Of a DNA stretch of 64,000 nucleotides, positions 26,836 to 41,562 are shown in pieces. The DNA lies in the NCBI RefSeq assembly GCF_009914755.1, contig NC_060930.1; one strand, written 5' to 3'. Under the pieces are notes generated by a model. It had not been told where the DNA came from, did not search any database, and worked only from the letters and a program-made list of their open reading frames with translations. Numbering within the stretch: position 1 is the first letter of the stretch; each line of letters begins with the position of its first letter. Source of the stretch: the human T2T-CHM13v2.0 reference genome, Homo sapiens. A program made the translations under genes and the position numbers.

Positions 26836-27184
26836 TGTAGATAGATATCTGTAGATTCTGGCTTTGTCTGATAAAAAGCATGTGACTCATATGGAAGCAT
26901 GTAGCTCCCTACACCTAGAGGCTGGTGGTGAGGACCCTGTAAGTAGGCCCAGTATTTTATTCAGAACATAAATTTGCCTCTACTACAATGTCTTACAAGA
27001 ATTGTAGTTCTGTGCTGTGAAACACACAAGAAAGAACCAAAGTACAGGGTTACCCACTTTCTGAGTGTTAATAATATGGCTGCCTGATTGAGGGGCTTTA
27101 ATGAGTCCCTACTCATCTTAATAAATCCAAAGGTAAGATTCTTTTAATGCTAACATTAGTCCGTGGCATAATACACTTTGAAGC

Positions 27185-27425
27185 AATAATATGGCTAATA
27201 CTTAATGCAGTACTTATTATGTTCCAGGCACTATCCTACGTACCTTCACTATATCAACTCATTTAATCCTCTCTGGATCCTACAAGGTTGGTAACAACAC
27301 TACTGCCATTTCATAGGAGAGGAAACTGAGGCATGGAGAGGTTGTCACTTGTATAACATCACCCACTGGTAATCTGGGCAGTTTGGTTCTAAATTCTGTA
27401 TTATTTACCCCTGTACCCTGGTGCC
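27185..27425 (-). mobile_element. MIR
   Basis: tgttccaggcact...aactcatttaatcctc...gaggaaactgaggcatggagaggtt. Confidence 0.75.
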
Positions 27426-27860
27426 TCTTCTTGATTGGAATTTTTAATAGCCATTATTTTCAACAAAAACAAAAACAAAGCCTTCTATTTTCAAGGATTT
27501 TTGTCCCAGTATGTTGGCTTAAAAAGTTTTCTTGACAGTAAGTGTCTTGTAAACTAGAGGACTACTCAAAACCTTTCACATTCCATTATTGTAAAAACTG
27601 TGTCTTTAATATATGCAGAATCTTAGTAAGGAGGATGGGCAAAGTAAAATCAAATCAGACTGAATGAAATTGTCCAGACTCAAGTTAAATACAATCTCCC
27701 ATTATGACACTTGAAACTGGACTTTTTCTGACAAGACTGTTCTGCCTGGAACTGCATGAAGGCTGGGTTTTGAGGATGTCCCATTGGCCACGATAGACCT
27801 GGAGCCTCATCACTGAGCCTGGAGAGTCCATCCTTTTGCATCTTAGAAGTCTGATGAATG

Positions 27861-28182
<322 letters not shown>

Positions 28183-28524
28183 CTACAAAGATATCTTGGC
28201 TGTTGTTTATTTAAAGAGATTGAAAACATTGAAATTTTTAGGAAATTTCTAATTGAATCTACACATAGAATTGGAAATTTTCACGCTTTTACATTTGTTT
28301 TTTCCATGTGCTAGAGAAGATCAAGGGTGGCAGCCCTGGGTCTGACAGAGGCATCAACAGGAGGAGGACAAAAGTTGACACTTTACTATGTCAGTGTTAA
28401 AGCCAGCCTACAAAGTTTATCTTTGCCTAAATTCCATTTTACTCCATGTCATTATGAGATTAAGAAAGAGAGAATCCTCCCATCTCTTGGCATGGGATTA
28501 TATAATATGTGTAGTAGCAGTAGC

Positions 28525-28745
28525 ACTAATGATGATATAGGTAACAGTGAAGTTTTGAGGGCTTGCTATATCCAGGTTAAGAGTTTCACATGTATTGCTT
28601 ACATAATTTTTCCAAAAACTTGAGAGGATAAATAGCATTATGTTGTTCATTTTACACATAAGAATCCTGAAGTGGCCAGAGGCTAAGATAAAAGTAGCAG
28701 GGCTGGTAAGTTGTTTAGTTAAATATCAGAAGCAGGGTTAATGTC
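28525..28745 (-). mobile_element. MIR
   Basis: tttcacatgtattg...cattttacacataagaatcctgaag. Confidence 0.5.
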
Positions 28746-29384
28746 GGAAGCAGGGGGTTTAGCTTGGATCAGCGATTGCAGCAGACAGGAGTCGCTCCCT
28801 TTAGATGCCTTATATATCTGATGAACTCAGTGATGAGAAAGACAAGAGTTTTTGATGTGTGGGTGGTTTGGAGACAAACTGCAGAAGTCTTCATCACACG
28901 TAGGAGCAGACATTGCCATACTAGGTTCAGGCTTCCTAGAGGTTTCAGATAAGAAAAAAGCAATTTTACTTAAATCAAAACTATTTTCTGACAGATGCTC
29001 AGAAAGCATATTAAGTGTTATAAAACCAGCTGCTTTTATTGAGATTAGTATTTAAGGATATTTTGGAAAATGTCTTTTGAATCATATATTTTAAGTCTTG
29101 ATATGATTGGAAATGAGTCGTAAGAGTCAAATTTAAACAATAAAGAATTAATTTTCTTAGGATATTCAGATGCAAATGAGAAGGCTGGCACTGGGTTCAT
29201 GCCACCAAGGATAAAAGTTTGTCACCTGGTGGTGACTTAGAGCCAGCGTAGGCACATGACAACCAGAGCAAAGAATAATGGCCCCATCTGTTTAGAGTAA
29301 AGGGTGTGAAACCGCAGATGGAATCACAGTGGGACACATCTTGCTTAATGGGAGAAAGTTGGAAAACATTATTGTCACTAATAA

Positions 29385-29490
29385 TAGTGCAGCCTGTTAG
29401 TGATGTTATGAGGATAAACGAGAATGTCTTTAAGAATTTTGCACAGTGCCTGGTCTATTTTGTGCTTGCACGTTGTAAGAAGGTGTTTGT
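29385..29490 (+). mobile_element. MIR 3' fragment
   Basis: tgttatgaggataaacgagaatg...gcacagtgcctgg. Confidence 0.45.
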
Positions 29491-31239
29491 GTTTAGTCTA
29501 CATTGGTTTGAAAGAAAAATTTAAAAACCTGGGAGAGAAAGTAGTTCGTGTTAGGATCAGGGTTAGGGTTAGACCCTGAAGACTGAGTGCCCTGCAGACT
29601 AAACAGTTTCTGTAGCTTTTTCCAAGGATGCCTAGGATGCTTAGAGCATGAGGTTGAAGGGCAGGAGCCAGCTAGCCCCAGATTAGTGCAGGATCTCTAC
29701 CACGCCAGCTGAGGGAGGGTCTGGAGGAAGGAAGGGACTTTTCTCTTGCTAGACTTTTCATCTCAGCAAAGGCCTTTAAACCTAGTCATGTGTCTTTCCT
29801 GTCATACAAATCAGTTAATTAAACTTTCTTTTTAAAAGAAAGCCTAGAACTTGCTTTCATTTAAAAACATTTCAAAATTAACTTTATACCCTAGCTCAGT
29901 GGTCCCCATATTTCTATTCTTGCTATTTCACAGCCTGCCCAAATTTGTGCCTATTTCCCAGCTTTTTCTAACACAATACTTTGAAACAATATATTAACAT
30001 ATAATAATGTTGAACATAAGAAAAACTGGAAAAATAAAATCAGGTAAATACTTCTTCTTTTCCAAATATAAAATGTCAACATAGATGCCCAAAGAAACTA
30101 TTTTTCTTTACACTGATAGCCCTAATTGAGAAGAATTTCACAAAGGAGCTTTCATTTGAAAAACTCTTAACTCTGTGACCTCGAACAGTGCAGAATTAAC
30201 CATGGTGCCCTTGAATTCAGCAACCTTGCCTGGGTCCTTCTTAATTAGTAAGTCCTTTAGAGGGCATGTTAGGAAATGAAAATGAAACATTTATATTGTG
30301 TACCCACATTCTAAGAATAATTTTTAAACAATATACTTAAACACTCAAACCTAGTTTAATTATACATTTTTCCAATATAACGGTTCTTAAAAATCGTGAA
30401 TGAATAATTTCACTCAATTATGAGTTGAGTAACACTTCTAAGGGCTCACAATTATTAAAAAGACACACTTTCAAATAACCTATTCCGAGGACATATGATA
30501 CTAATTATTGTGAAATTAATGTTTTGAGGAAAATTATATCACATAAAATCTGATGTTAAAATACCAGATTTCATAAAGGTTACTAATGTTATAACATCAT
30601 TGAATAGCATTTCATGTGTATGTACATGACTTATTTTTTATTGCAAAGCAAAAGTAGTCCAAATGTATAATACACTTAATTGGGGAGAATTCTAACATGA
30701 ATGATAGATTTAGGAGGTTTTAGAATATCTAAAATTTACTTGTTTGCAGTTGATCCACATGATTCTATTTAAATTGGCCCATCCTTTTCTGATGTTTATT
30801 TTCTTTTTCTGACTTTTTTTTTGTAATGTATTTTATCTTCAAATGTTGTGCTGTTTGGCCTTTGCTTATGAAAAATGAGATTCCATCTTGCTCCGCTGAT
30901 GTTTTAAAAAATGTCATCAAGATAATATTCTCAAGGATTCCATGTTGAATAGTAATATTTTGATTTTCCTTGCATTATCACTTGAAGGCAATTTTCACAA
31001 TTGGTGGGTTCCTGCCTTAGTAGTCTGTGTTTCCATGTATTTGCTTTTCCTCATGATTCTACCTTGTTTCTGGCTATTTTGTTTTGAGATTTCAGTTTTG
31101 AATGGTTTAAAACGGTGTTGGGTGACCAGAAACTGACGCAGCTCTTGACATACCTGTGAAAATATCCATGAAAACACGGGGGAAATTCACAATAGTGCTG
31201 AAACTGAGGCACACAGTCCATCTGTAGCTAGGATCTGGG

Positions 31240-31829
31240 GGCATGCCACCAGCTGCAGGGCTGGGGGCGCTCGGCTGCGGTCTGTTATCCGGGGCTGACC
31301 CGTATATGCCTTTTGGAGTGGACTGGGGGACCGTCTTTCCTCCCAGCACGCATCCTGCCAAAAAGGCGGGTCAGCTCCAACCAGCAGGTGGATGAATGAC
31401 AGCTACTCTACAAAAAGCCAGCGAGGCGTTTTAAATATACTAGCTTAGGTAATGCCTAACTGCCACATAGGTGCTAAGCTTATTCCTATTTTGTGGATGA
31501 AACTGAAGTGATTTTTCCGAGGTCCCGGAAGTTGGAGGGGCAGGGCTCGCCTTTAAGCTGCGCATGTCGAGGTCACTTCAACGCTCTGCCTGTTACCCTC
31601 TTCTCCCAGCCCGCTCAGGAGGGCAGCTTTGGGAGGCAGCCGGAATCCTCTTCTCATTCTCCATCCGACATCTCCTCCTTCTGTCAAGAAGCTCCATCTC
31701 CAGGAAACTACTGGACACACCGTAGGGATGGACACGCAAGGATGAACCTTGCCCCTGGAGTTAGAGACCCCACAAGTGCAGTTTGCAGGTAGAAACGGAG
31801 CCGGTGAGATTCTCAGTAGCCGCATGTGC

Positions 31830-31830
<1 letters not shown>
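31240..31830. promoter_or_regulatory. CpG-retaining GC-rich patch (candidate enhancer or weak promoter)
   Basis: About 24 CpGs in ~570 bp against a CpG-poor background; ETS ccggaagt at 31525-31532; NRF1-like tgcgcatg at 31559-31566. Confidence 0.4.
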
Positions 31831-33179
<1,349 letters not shown>

Positions 33180-34266
33180 TTAATGCACAATGAGCAAATG
33201 ATTATGAACATCCAGGGTAGAATTCCCCTCAACAAACCAGGAAATACTGCAAGAAATTTTTATTGTTTTAACATATGGATAGACATAGAGTGCAGATAAA
33301 TTGATTTTTATCCTTGAATTACATTGTATTAATTTGAGTTCAAATGAATACAATTAAATATGGTTGTAACTGTAACTGTGGTAAAAACTCTGAAAAACGT
33401 AAGGTTCATTACTAATGTTGTGATTCAGTTACTTTTTTTCTTTCTACTTTACTGCGTTTCCTAATGGGCATATATCACTTTAAAAAAGCATCATATATAA
33501 AAAGTGCACATACCAGCAGATTTCCATAAATTAAACATAACTGTGTAACTAGCACCCAGGTAAGGAAATGGACCATTAACTGCGTTTGAGAGATTTCTCT
33601 CCTCCAAACCAGGCTCTACGCACTTACTTCTATCAGCATAGATTAGTTGTCTTGATTTATTATTTTATATAGTATATATTCTTTGTGTTTAGCTTCTTTC
33701 TCTAACATTCTGTTTTGTTCAGTAGTTGCTATAGCTTAATACTTATTATCAATCTCGCATAATGTTCCAAAAGTGCATAAACTACAATTTATTTACCTAT
33801 TCTATGCTTGATGACTATTTGGATAATTGCAAGTTTTTGGCTGTTATGAGCAATGTTGCTATGAACATTCTAGTTCATGACTTTTGGTGGATGAATGTAT
33901 GCATTTCTGTGGGGCATAGAGACCTAGGAGTAGAAGTGCTGGATTATGGTGTAGTCCCATGTCTCTTTCAGATGAAACTGCTAAATGATTTTCCAAAATG
34001 TTTGTGACAGTTTACTGTCTTACAAGCAGCATATGAGAGGGATGTGAAGGGTCACTCTACATCCTTTTGACACTAGTATTTACATCTTTCTCATTTTAGT
34101 CATTCTGGGGGTATGCAGTCTTATGGCACTGTGACTTTAATTTGCATCTCCATGCTGACTGATAAAGTTGAGTAGCTTTTCATTTGTTCATTGGTTTTTC
34201 AGGTATTCTCTTTTTGAGAAGAGTTTGTTCATCGCTTTTATTTAGTTCTTCATTGGGTTGCTGGTG

Positions 34267-34958
34267 CAGTAGGCCCTCTGTATCTGTGGGTTCAAACAAG
34301 CACAGATCAGAAATATTTGGAAAAAGTAACAATACAAAATAATATTCATATGGTTTGGCTCTGTCCCCACCCAAATCTCATCTTGAATTGTAGCTCTCAT
34401 TATCCCCACGTGTGGTGGGAGGGACCCCGTGAGAGGTAATGGAATCATGGGGGTGAGTTTTCCTGTGCTGTTCTCATGATAGTGAATAAGTCTCACAAAA
34501 TCTGATGGTTTTATACATGGTGATTCCCCTGCATATGCTCTCTTGCCTGTCACCATGTAAGACATGCCTTTGCTCCTCCTTCCCCTTCTGCCATGATTGA
34601 GGCCTCCCCAGCCATGTGAAACTGTGAGTTCATTAAACTTCTTTTTTTAATAAATTTCCCAGTCTCAGGTATTTCTTCGTAGCAGTATGAAAATGGACTA
34701 ATACAAATACAAAAAATATAGTATGACAATTGCATAGCATTTACATAGCATTTACATTGTATTAGGTAATGTAAGTAATCTGGAGATGATTTAATGTATA
34801 AGGGAGGATAATCTAGAGATGATTTAAAGTGTACAGGAGGATTGTGTAGTTATATGTAAATACCACTCCATTTTATACCAGGGACTTGAGCATCTGCAAA
34901 TTTTGGTATCTACTGGAAGTCCTGGAACCAATCACTTCCTAATACCAAGTGACAACTG
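34267..34958. mobile_element. Tigger3a (MER7A) interrupted by THE1 LTR
   Basis: cagtaggccctctgtatctgtggg...gcatttacattgtattagg...gggacttgagcatc...gtcctggaaccaatc...gacaactg followed by TA. Confidence 0.88.
34346..34705 (+). mobile_element. THE1 (C/D-like) solo LTR
   Basis: tcatatggtttggctctgtccccacccaaatctc...aatggactaataca; TSD aatat/aatac. Confidence 0.93.
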
Positions 34959-36225
34959 TATATTTTTTTCTATTGATTTGTAGGAGTTCTTTATATATTG
35001 TGGATATGAAGTCTTTTTTCAAATATATGTATTTTTGAATCTCTTCTCGCACTGTCTGCCTGGCCTTTTCACTATCTGAATGGTGACTTCTGACCTTCTT
35101 AACTTTAACGTAGAACAATTTATCAGTTTTCTTTATTGTTAGAACCTAACTACTTACCGTTTAAGAAATCTTTTCCTACTCCAAGGTCACAAAAATTTCC
35201 TTTATATTTTCCTCTAAAAGCTTTATTGTTTGCTTTTCCCAGTTGGATCTGAAATCTATCAGAAATTGATTTTTCTGTATGGTGTTCAAATACATTTTGT
35301 TTCCCACTGGGACAGCCTATCAACCCAGCCTTTAGAGGCCAATCCTTTCCTTGCCACACCACAAAGGTGGCTTTCCTTTAAAATAAGACACCTGCATGTG
35401 GGGTCTGTTTCTAGACCCTGTTTTGTTCCAGTGGTCACTTTGTCTATCCTGATGTTTCCAAATTAAAAATGGCTTTCTCTTTCTTATCCTTCCATTCATT
35501 GCAGATGTATTAGGTGGTGGAGAGAGAGGGATTTTCTTTGGAATTGAGAAGAAATGGAATTGAATTTCAGCTTAGTGGGTGGTGCTTTGTATATTCCAAG
35601 AAAATGCAGATATTTTGGGTTTGAGGGATGTTGCTAATTTTAACTCCTAAGTATCTGGTGACAAGGTCAGAACTGACTAAAAGGAAGAGGGTAGAGGGCT
35701 GTATCTGTTTGCCTGCATATTTATGCACAGATGCATGTGTGTAAGTCTATTTCGGGAAGATGACTTGTATCAGCATGGGAGGGATTTATGACTAGACCTC
35801 CAATGACATCAGTTTCTTTTATTGCCTCAGGCAATTAGATGTTGTTGTTATTCATCTAACTAATGGAGAGCAATGACCAAAAGGACATATGTTAAAGTTA
35901 AATTTTAGCAAATGTGTACCAATGTTGATTACAGCAGGAGGGTCAAAAAAACAGAGAACAGCCCAGGCCTATGCTTGTTACAAGGAAAACAAAAGTCTGT
36001 GAAATCAAAAGACTTGGGTTGATTTCCTAACCTTATATCATTTGTGGCACTCTAAGTGTGAATAAATGTTCTTTACAGACTGCTAAAAATGTCCTCCAAA
36101 ATGTTCATCTTAACTGAATAACACAAGTAAGAGTGTTGCTTGTCATCTACTTTGAATCAATCAATGCAGACCTCACCCAGGACAAAGTTTAGAACTTTCT
36201 CCACAAGGTTAAAAACAGTACTCAT

Positions 36226-36577
<352 letters not shown>

Positions 36578-38924
36578 CTACATGGCTTCACAATGGCATT
36601 TTAGCACTTTGAGATACGCTAGTTTAAAAGCTTAAAACCATAGAAATCTTATTCTACAGCCTGTTGGTCTGTTGTTTAGATTTAATTTATATTTAATTAG
36701 ATATAGGGTCTACGATGGTTTGGTAAAAACAATGATCATTTGGTAAAATAGAAAGGTTAAGCTATTAGACTATGACTATGACGTTAATAGAAATGTGTGC
36801 CATGTCTGTGGGTTCTGTCTGTCTCTCAGTCTCTCTATGTCTCTTTCTGTCTTTCTCTGTCTTCATAGCTGGGTGTATTGCATTTTTTCCTCCAACAGAG
36901 TTAGAAAAACGGAAGAAGATTGAATGAAGGAGAATCTTAGTGTTCCTGGTTCAGACTCAGACACAGATGCAAGGGCAGCTGAATGAGGATTACAGGAATC
37001 TGGGGAAGGGGAAGGCTTGAAATCCTATTTTTGAATGCGGCAGAGTGCAGAATGGAGAGCTTGTTTTCCTTAAGAAAGTCCTGCTGCGGGATGACAGCAG
37101 TGGCAGAGGAGGGCTTGCCACAATCAGCAGCTTCATAGGAACTGGTAAATGGGGAGAGGTCTTAATCTGGGTACTTAGCAGCGTTTGACAATCAGCAGTG
37201 TCCGGCTTCCCAGGATAAAGAAGATCTGGTGGCAAAAAGGACTTCGGAAAAGCGCGCCTCCAGTGCTAATCAGCAGTGAGTGCATTTGTTGAACACGCTT
37301 TGTGAAATGGAAATGCCTACATGCTTCTTTTGTTAAGACATTTTATAGACCTTTCCCTCTCTTTCCCTTTTGCTTAGGAGTGGGGAAATCAAGAAACCCA
37401 GACCTGCACATTTCCAGGCCCTCTTTCTAGGGTGGCAGAGCCTGGCTGGTGGGGTGGCTGTCAGCTGTCTCCGTGGGAAGACCATCCACCCTGTCCACCA
37501 GGGTGTGGAGGGCTTTCCAGGCTTCTTTTAACACAGAAGGAAGGAATTGAATACAATTCACATGTAAAGACAGAGATGAACTGGAAAGTTTGAGGTCATC
37601 CAATCATCTCACCAGTTTTTTCATTTTATATTTTAGGGAATGTGTAAAAACTGCAGAGATTTCATACAACCATGATATTTTCAATGGCTTTGTGTGAGGT
37701 TAAATCCAATTTGTACTAGTTCTACTCACTATTAGCTCCTTTCACCCTTGGGCACCTTCTCTATACACACACCCCAGTTACGAGCCATCCATGCTGGTGT
37801 CTGGCCCTTTGCTCTTTGAGGGCAGAGCATGGAGGTGGTCTTGCCACGGCTCGGTATTCCTCCTTGCGGTGGACAGGGAAGGCTGTTTCACTAGAGCAGT
37901 CAGATAATATGATCAGGAAAGCACTATGTTGAAAAAGAAGGCTTTGATGGAAGGGAGAGTGGGGGCTGAAAGAGCACTTCCTGCCTGGGGTGCCCAGGCA
38001 AGCCCAGGGGCTGTGGACAAAGGGATTGTTTGCTCTCTCTTTACAAGGCAGGATGGCTGCTGGAGCCAAATTGCCCGCCACAGTTTGCAGATGGCTGCCA
38101 AAGTCCTGTCCCCTTCTTAATAGGGATATTTGTCTTTGGGAAACACTTGAAGTTCTACTTCTGTGGTTTCTAGGGCATGAGAATTTTCAGTCCTGGAAAA
38201 AGAATTTTAAAAAAGTCCTTTTCTTTGCTAGCAAATACAGAGGCTGACCGCCCCCCAGCCTAGGGCTAGCTTTGTTTTTAGCTCAGAGGTTGTCTTTAAT
38301 CCAAGCCAATGGAACAAAAGCTGATTATCTCACCTTTAAATAGAGGGATTTCAGCAGAAACAGTGAAGCGTTCTGGGGAGGAGAAGTGGGAGGCAGTCAG
38401 GATGTCCCTCCACAGTCCCCGGGCACCCTGCCACCAAGGAAGCGCATGAGAAAGAACACACGCGCACACAGAAGCCACCACGGCAGACACTGGACACATT
38501 CTTCATAGCTGCTTGTATTTATAGAACAAGGAGACGAATTAAACAGCTATATTAATTCATTTGTTAGAAGAAACTCTGGTTTCTCAACTAACAGTTTATC
38601 TGTTTATGCATGCAGAATGTCATGCAGATAGTTAGGTTTGCTAAAGGTAATTTTCCTCCTCTGTCTTCACAATCTGGCGCTAAATGCTGCGGCTGTTTTT
38701 CAGGAAGGCGCTGTCCTTGACTGTTTCTGAATCTTTGCAAATCCGAAGCAACGCCTGTCTTCAAAAGAGGAGGCCGACCCTTTCAGCGAAGCAGGGACTG
38801 AACTAGCGCAGGTCAAAACCGGTGTGTCTGCTTTGGTTGTGATACAACTTAACACGTTCTTTAACTTCAACCTTGGACCTCATTTTATTATTAAAAACAC
38901 TAAAAGAAAACTTTCTTTTGTGAT

Positions 38925-39050
38925 ATCAGGAAATTCACTTTTTGTGCTTCAGGTTCTCCATCTGTAAAACGGAATAGACAAGCACCTCCTACTTGAAAGA
39001 TTGATAATATCTATCAAAATTTATTATGATCTCTGAATTATGAAAGATTT
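38925..39050 (+). mobile_element. MIR core fragment
   Basis: tgtgcttcaggttctccatctgtaaaacggaata. Confidence 0.5.
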
Positions 39051-39134
39051 CTTGTTAAAGTATATTTTATATACAAACACACACTTGGCTTCCAAGTTAT
39101 TATTGAAAATATGCAAATTTATCTTGGGCGCATT

Positions 39135-39380
39135 TTAATAATAAAAATTGATCATCATGTATTGAGAATCATATAATAATCACAGTACTAGCTACTTTAA
39201 ATACATCATTTTCTTTCATTTATATAGCCCTGCTATATGTAGGTATATAAGCCTCATTTTATAGGTAAGAAAATTAAAATCCTAAAAGTTGATAGACCTA
39301 TCCACATGCATGTAGTAAGTGGTGGCCCTGAGATTCAAATCCAAAGATTCCAAAGCCTGCCCACTTAATCATGACCGTGT
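39135..39380 (-). mobile_element. MIR
   Basis: cctcattttataggtaagaaaattaa...tagtaagtggtggccctgagattcaaatcc. Confidence 0.6.
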
Positions 39381-41002
39381 ACTCACAGTGAAAAATCCCC
39401 TGTACCTCAATGATACCCAGTGTTTGCATGGCTTGCCTCTGTGAGACATAGATAGAGCTCATTAATGGCGGGCACAATTTTTTAGGTCCACAGACTTTAT
39501 TTCCTGTTAAGATTGCAACGAAAAGCAAAATGCACCCGTAGCTTGGCCCCAGAGCACAATTCCTGCACAGTAATTAAGTGAAACCACAAGGCATGTGGCT
39601 CACCCCACCCACAGAAGGATGATGAGTTTTTCTGTTCAAATGATGGTACTAGACCTGTTCTTCAGGAATCTCTGCCTTGGATAATAAAGTCCCTTCTTTT
39701 AAAATACCAAACTTTGTGCCAGGAGAAGCTAGATCCCTCTTAAACATGGAAGTGTTGACTTTGAAGCATGGATACTTGGTAAAATGGTTTAAAAACTGAT
39801 GCAAAAGAGCAATCAGGACTAGCTCAGCAAGTTGAGAGAAAGCCCGTGTTGTGATCATACACGGAAATATCATAATGAGCTCAGCTCTTCTGACAACATG
39901 TCACAGTAAATAGAGAGATGCTTTTGTTGGGAATAAACATTTTTTTGGCACTTTCTGCGTTTTCCTGATTCACTGTGTACCATTAAACTTTTTACAATGC
40001 TTAGTTTATTTTAGGGACAAGACATTACATTCAAATTACATCTTGAATGAGATTTACTCAGTTCACATCTCATTGAGGGAATATCTCATTATCCAAGCTC
40101 TTATTTCTAATGTAGATGAATGAACCACACCTTAATGGCAGGTTAGAAAATGTTAGGTTGATTCTGTTGTCCAGAAATATCCTTGTGTCAAAGTTATTTT
40201 TTGATCTTACATATTTCTCATTGCTGGACATTTTTTTGGAGAAGGGCCTGCGAAATATTAATGTGTGTGTATGTACATTTCCCAAAGTAATAAAATTGAT
40301 AAAGAGTCCCTGCTCAGCCCCAAGCCATAATTTAATATTTCACTGTTGATTACTGACACTATATTTTCAGTGAAACTTGTACTTGTGTCACACTGGGTAT
40401 AAATGGTGTTTCAAGCTCTGCCAGAAAATCTTGCAAACCCTGACTTGCACCGAATCTCAAACTGGGCTGTCTATAACTCCCCGCCTCCTTGTCTTCCTGC
40501 TATTGGCTACATATTTTCAAGGAGAAGTCAAATCTGTATAGAAACAGAAAGCCTTTACTTGCCATTAATTTGAAAGAAAATTATATCACTCGATTTTCTT
40601 CCTTCACCTGCAGATAAGCATTTTGCAGCATTTTTTTTAAAGTGCAAAGGGTATCTTCTCAATGGAAGCTCTTGTGCAGTTCTTCCTGGCTTCCCACACA
40701 GGAGCAGAGGGTTTTATTTATTATTAGTTTTTAAATTGTCATCTCCTTGTGCTCCTCTCTACTTGAGGTTAGGGTTCACTATTTTCTAAGAGTATAGTGT
40801 ACCACTAAAGAAAACTGAAAGGAGGTATTTTTTAAAGTGATAAATAGGATTTTCAATCTAAATGAATTAAATGATTTGGGTTTAAAAAGAAAGTCAAACA
40901 ATTATAACTTAAGACTGATAGTTTCATATTGGTAGAGTGTTAGAGAACCTATACATTTGTTTACTATGTATGTTCTTTAGAGAAGGAGACACAATCAAAT
41001 TC

Positions 41003-41562
41003 CTTTAGTTGTATAATTTGAAGTCAGGTAATATAATACCTGATGCTTTTATTCTTTTTGCTCAGAATTGCTTTGGCTATTGAGGCTGTGGTTTTTTTGG
41101 TTCCATATGAATTTTAGGGTTGTTTTTTCTAATTCTGTGAAGAATGATATTGGTAATTTGATAGGAGTTACATTGACTCTGTAGATTACTTTTGTCGGTA
41201 TGGCCATTTTAACGATGTTGATTCTTCTGATCCATGAGCATGGGATATTTTTCCATTTGTTTGTGTTATCTATTATGTCTTTCACCAGTGTTTTGTAGTT
41301 CTCTTTGTAGAGATCTTTAGCGTCCTTGGTTAAATGTATTCCTAGGTATTTTATTGGATTTTTATTGCCATTATAAATAGGATTGAGTTCTTGATTTGGT
41401 TCTCAGCTTGAACATTATTGTTGTATAGAAATGCTGCTGAATTTTACACATGGATTTTGAATCCTGAAACTTTGCTAAAGTCTTTATTCAAATAGAGGAG
41501 TCTTCTGGAGGAGTGTGTAGGGTTTCCTAAAGTATAAGATCAGGTAGTCAGTGAACAAAGAC
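41003..41562 (-). mobile_element. L1MA (L1MA2-like) inverted 5' segment, ORF2
   Basis: Antisense L1 ORF2: [36 protein letters not shown]. Confidence 0.92.

Larger units (their letters stand above)
33480..35465 (-). mobile_element. Old L1 (L1MC/ME) 3' region hosting Tigger3a and THE1
   Basis: tgctatgaacattctagttcatg...ttttagtcattctggggg...aatttgcatctcc...gatttgtaggagttctttatatatt. Confidence 0.8.

Noticed and set aside
29551-29574. Telomere-like ttagga tcaggg ttaggg ttagac
   Set aside because: Only one exact TTAGGG; too short to call an interstitial telomeric sequence.
37375-37510. Possible LTR33/LTR16-type fragment
   Set aside because: The resemblance is too short and weak to name without an alignment.
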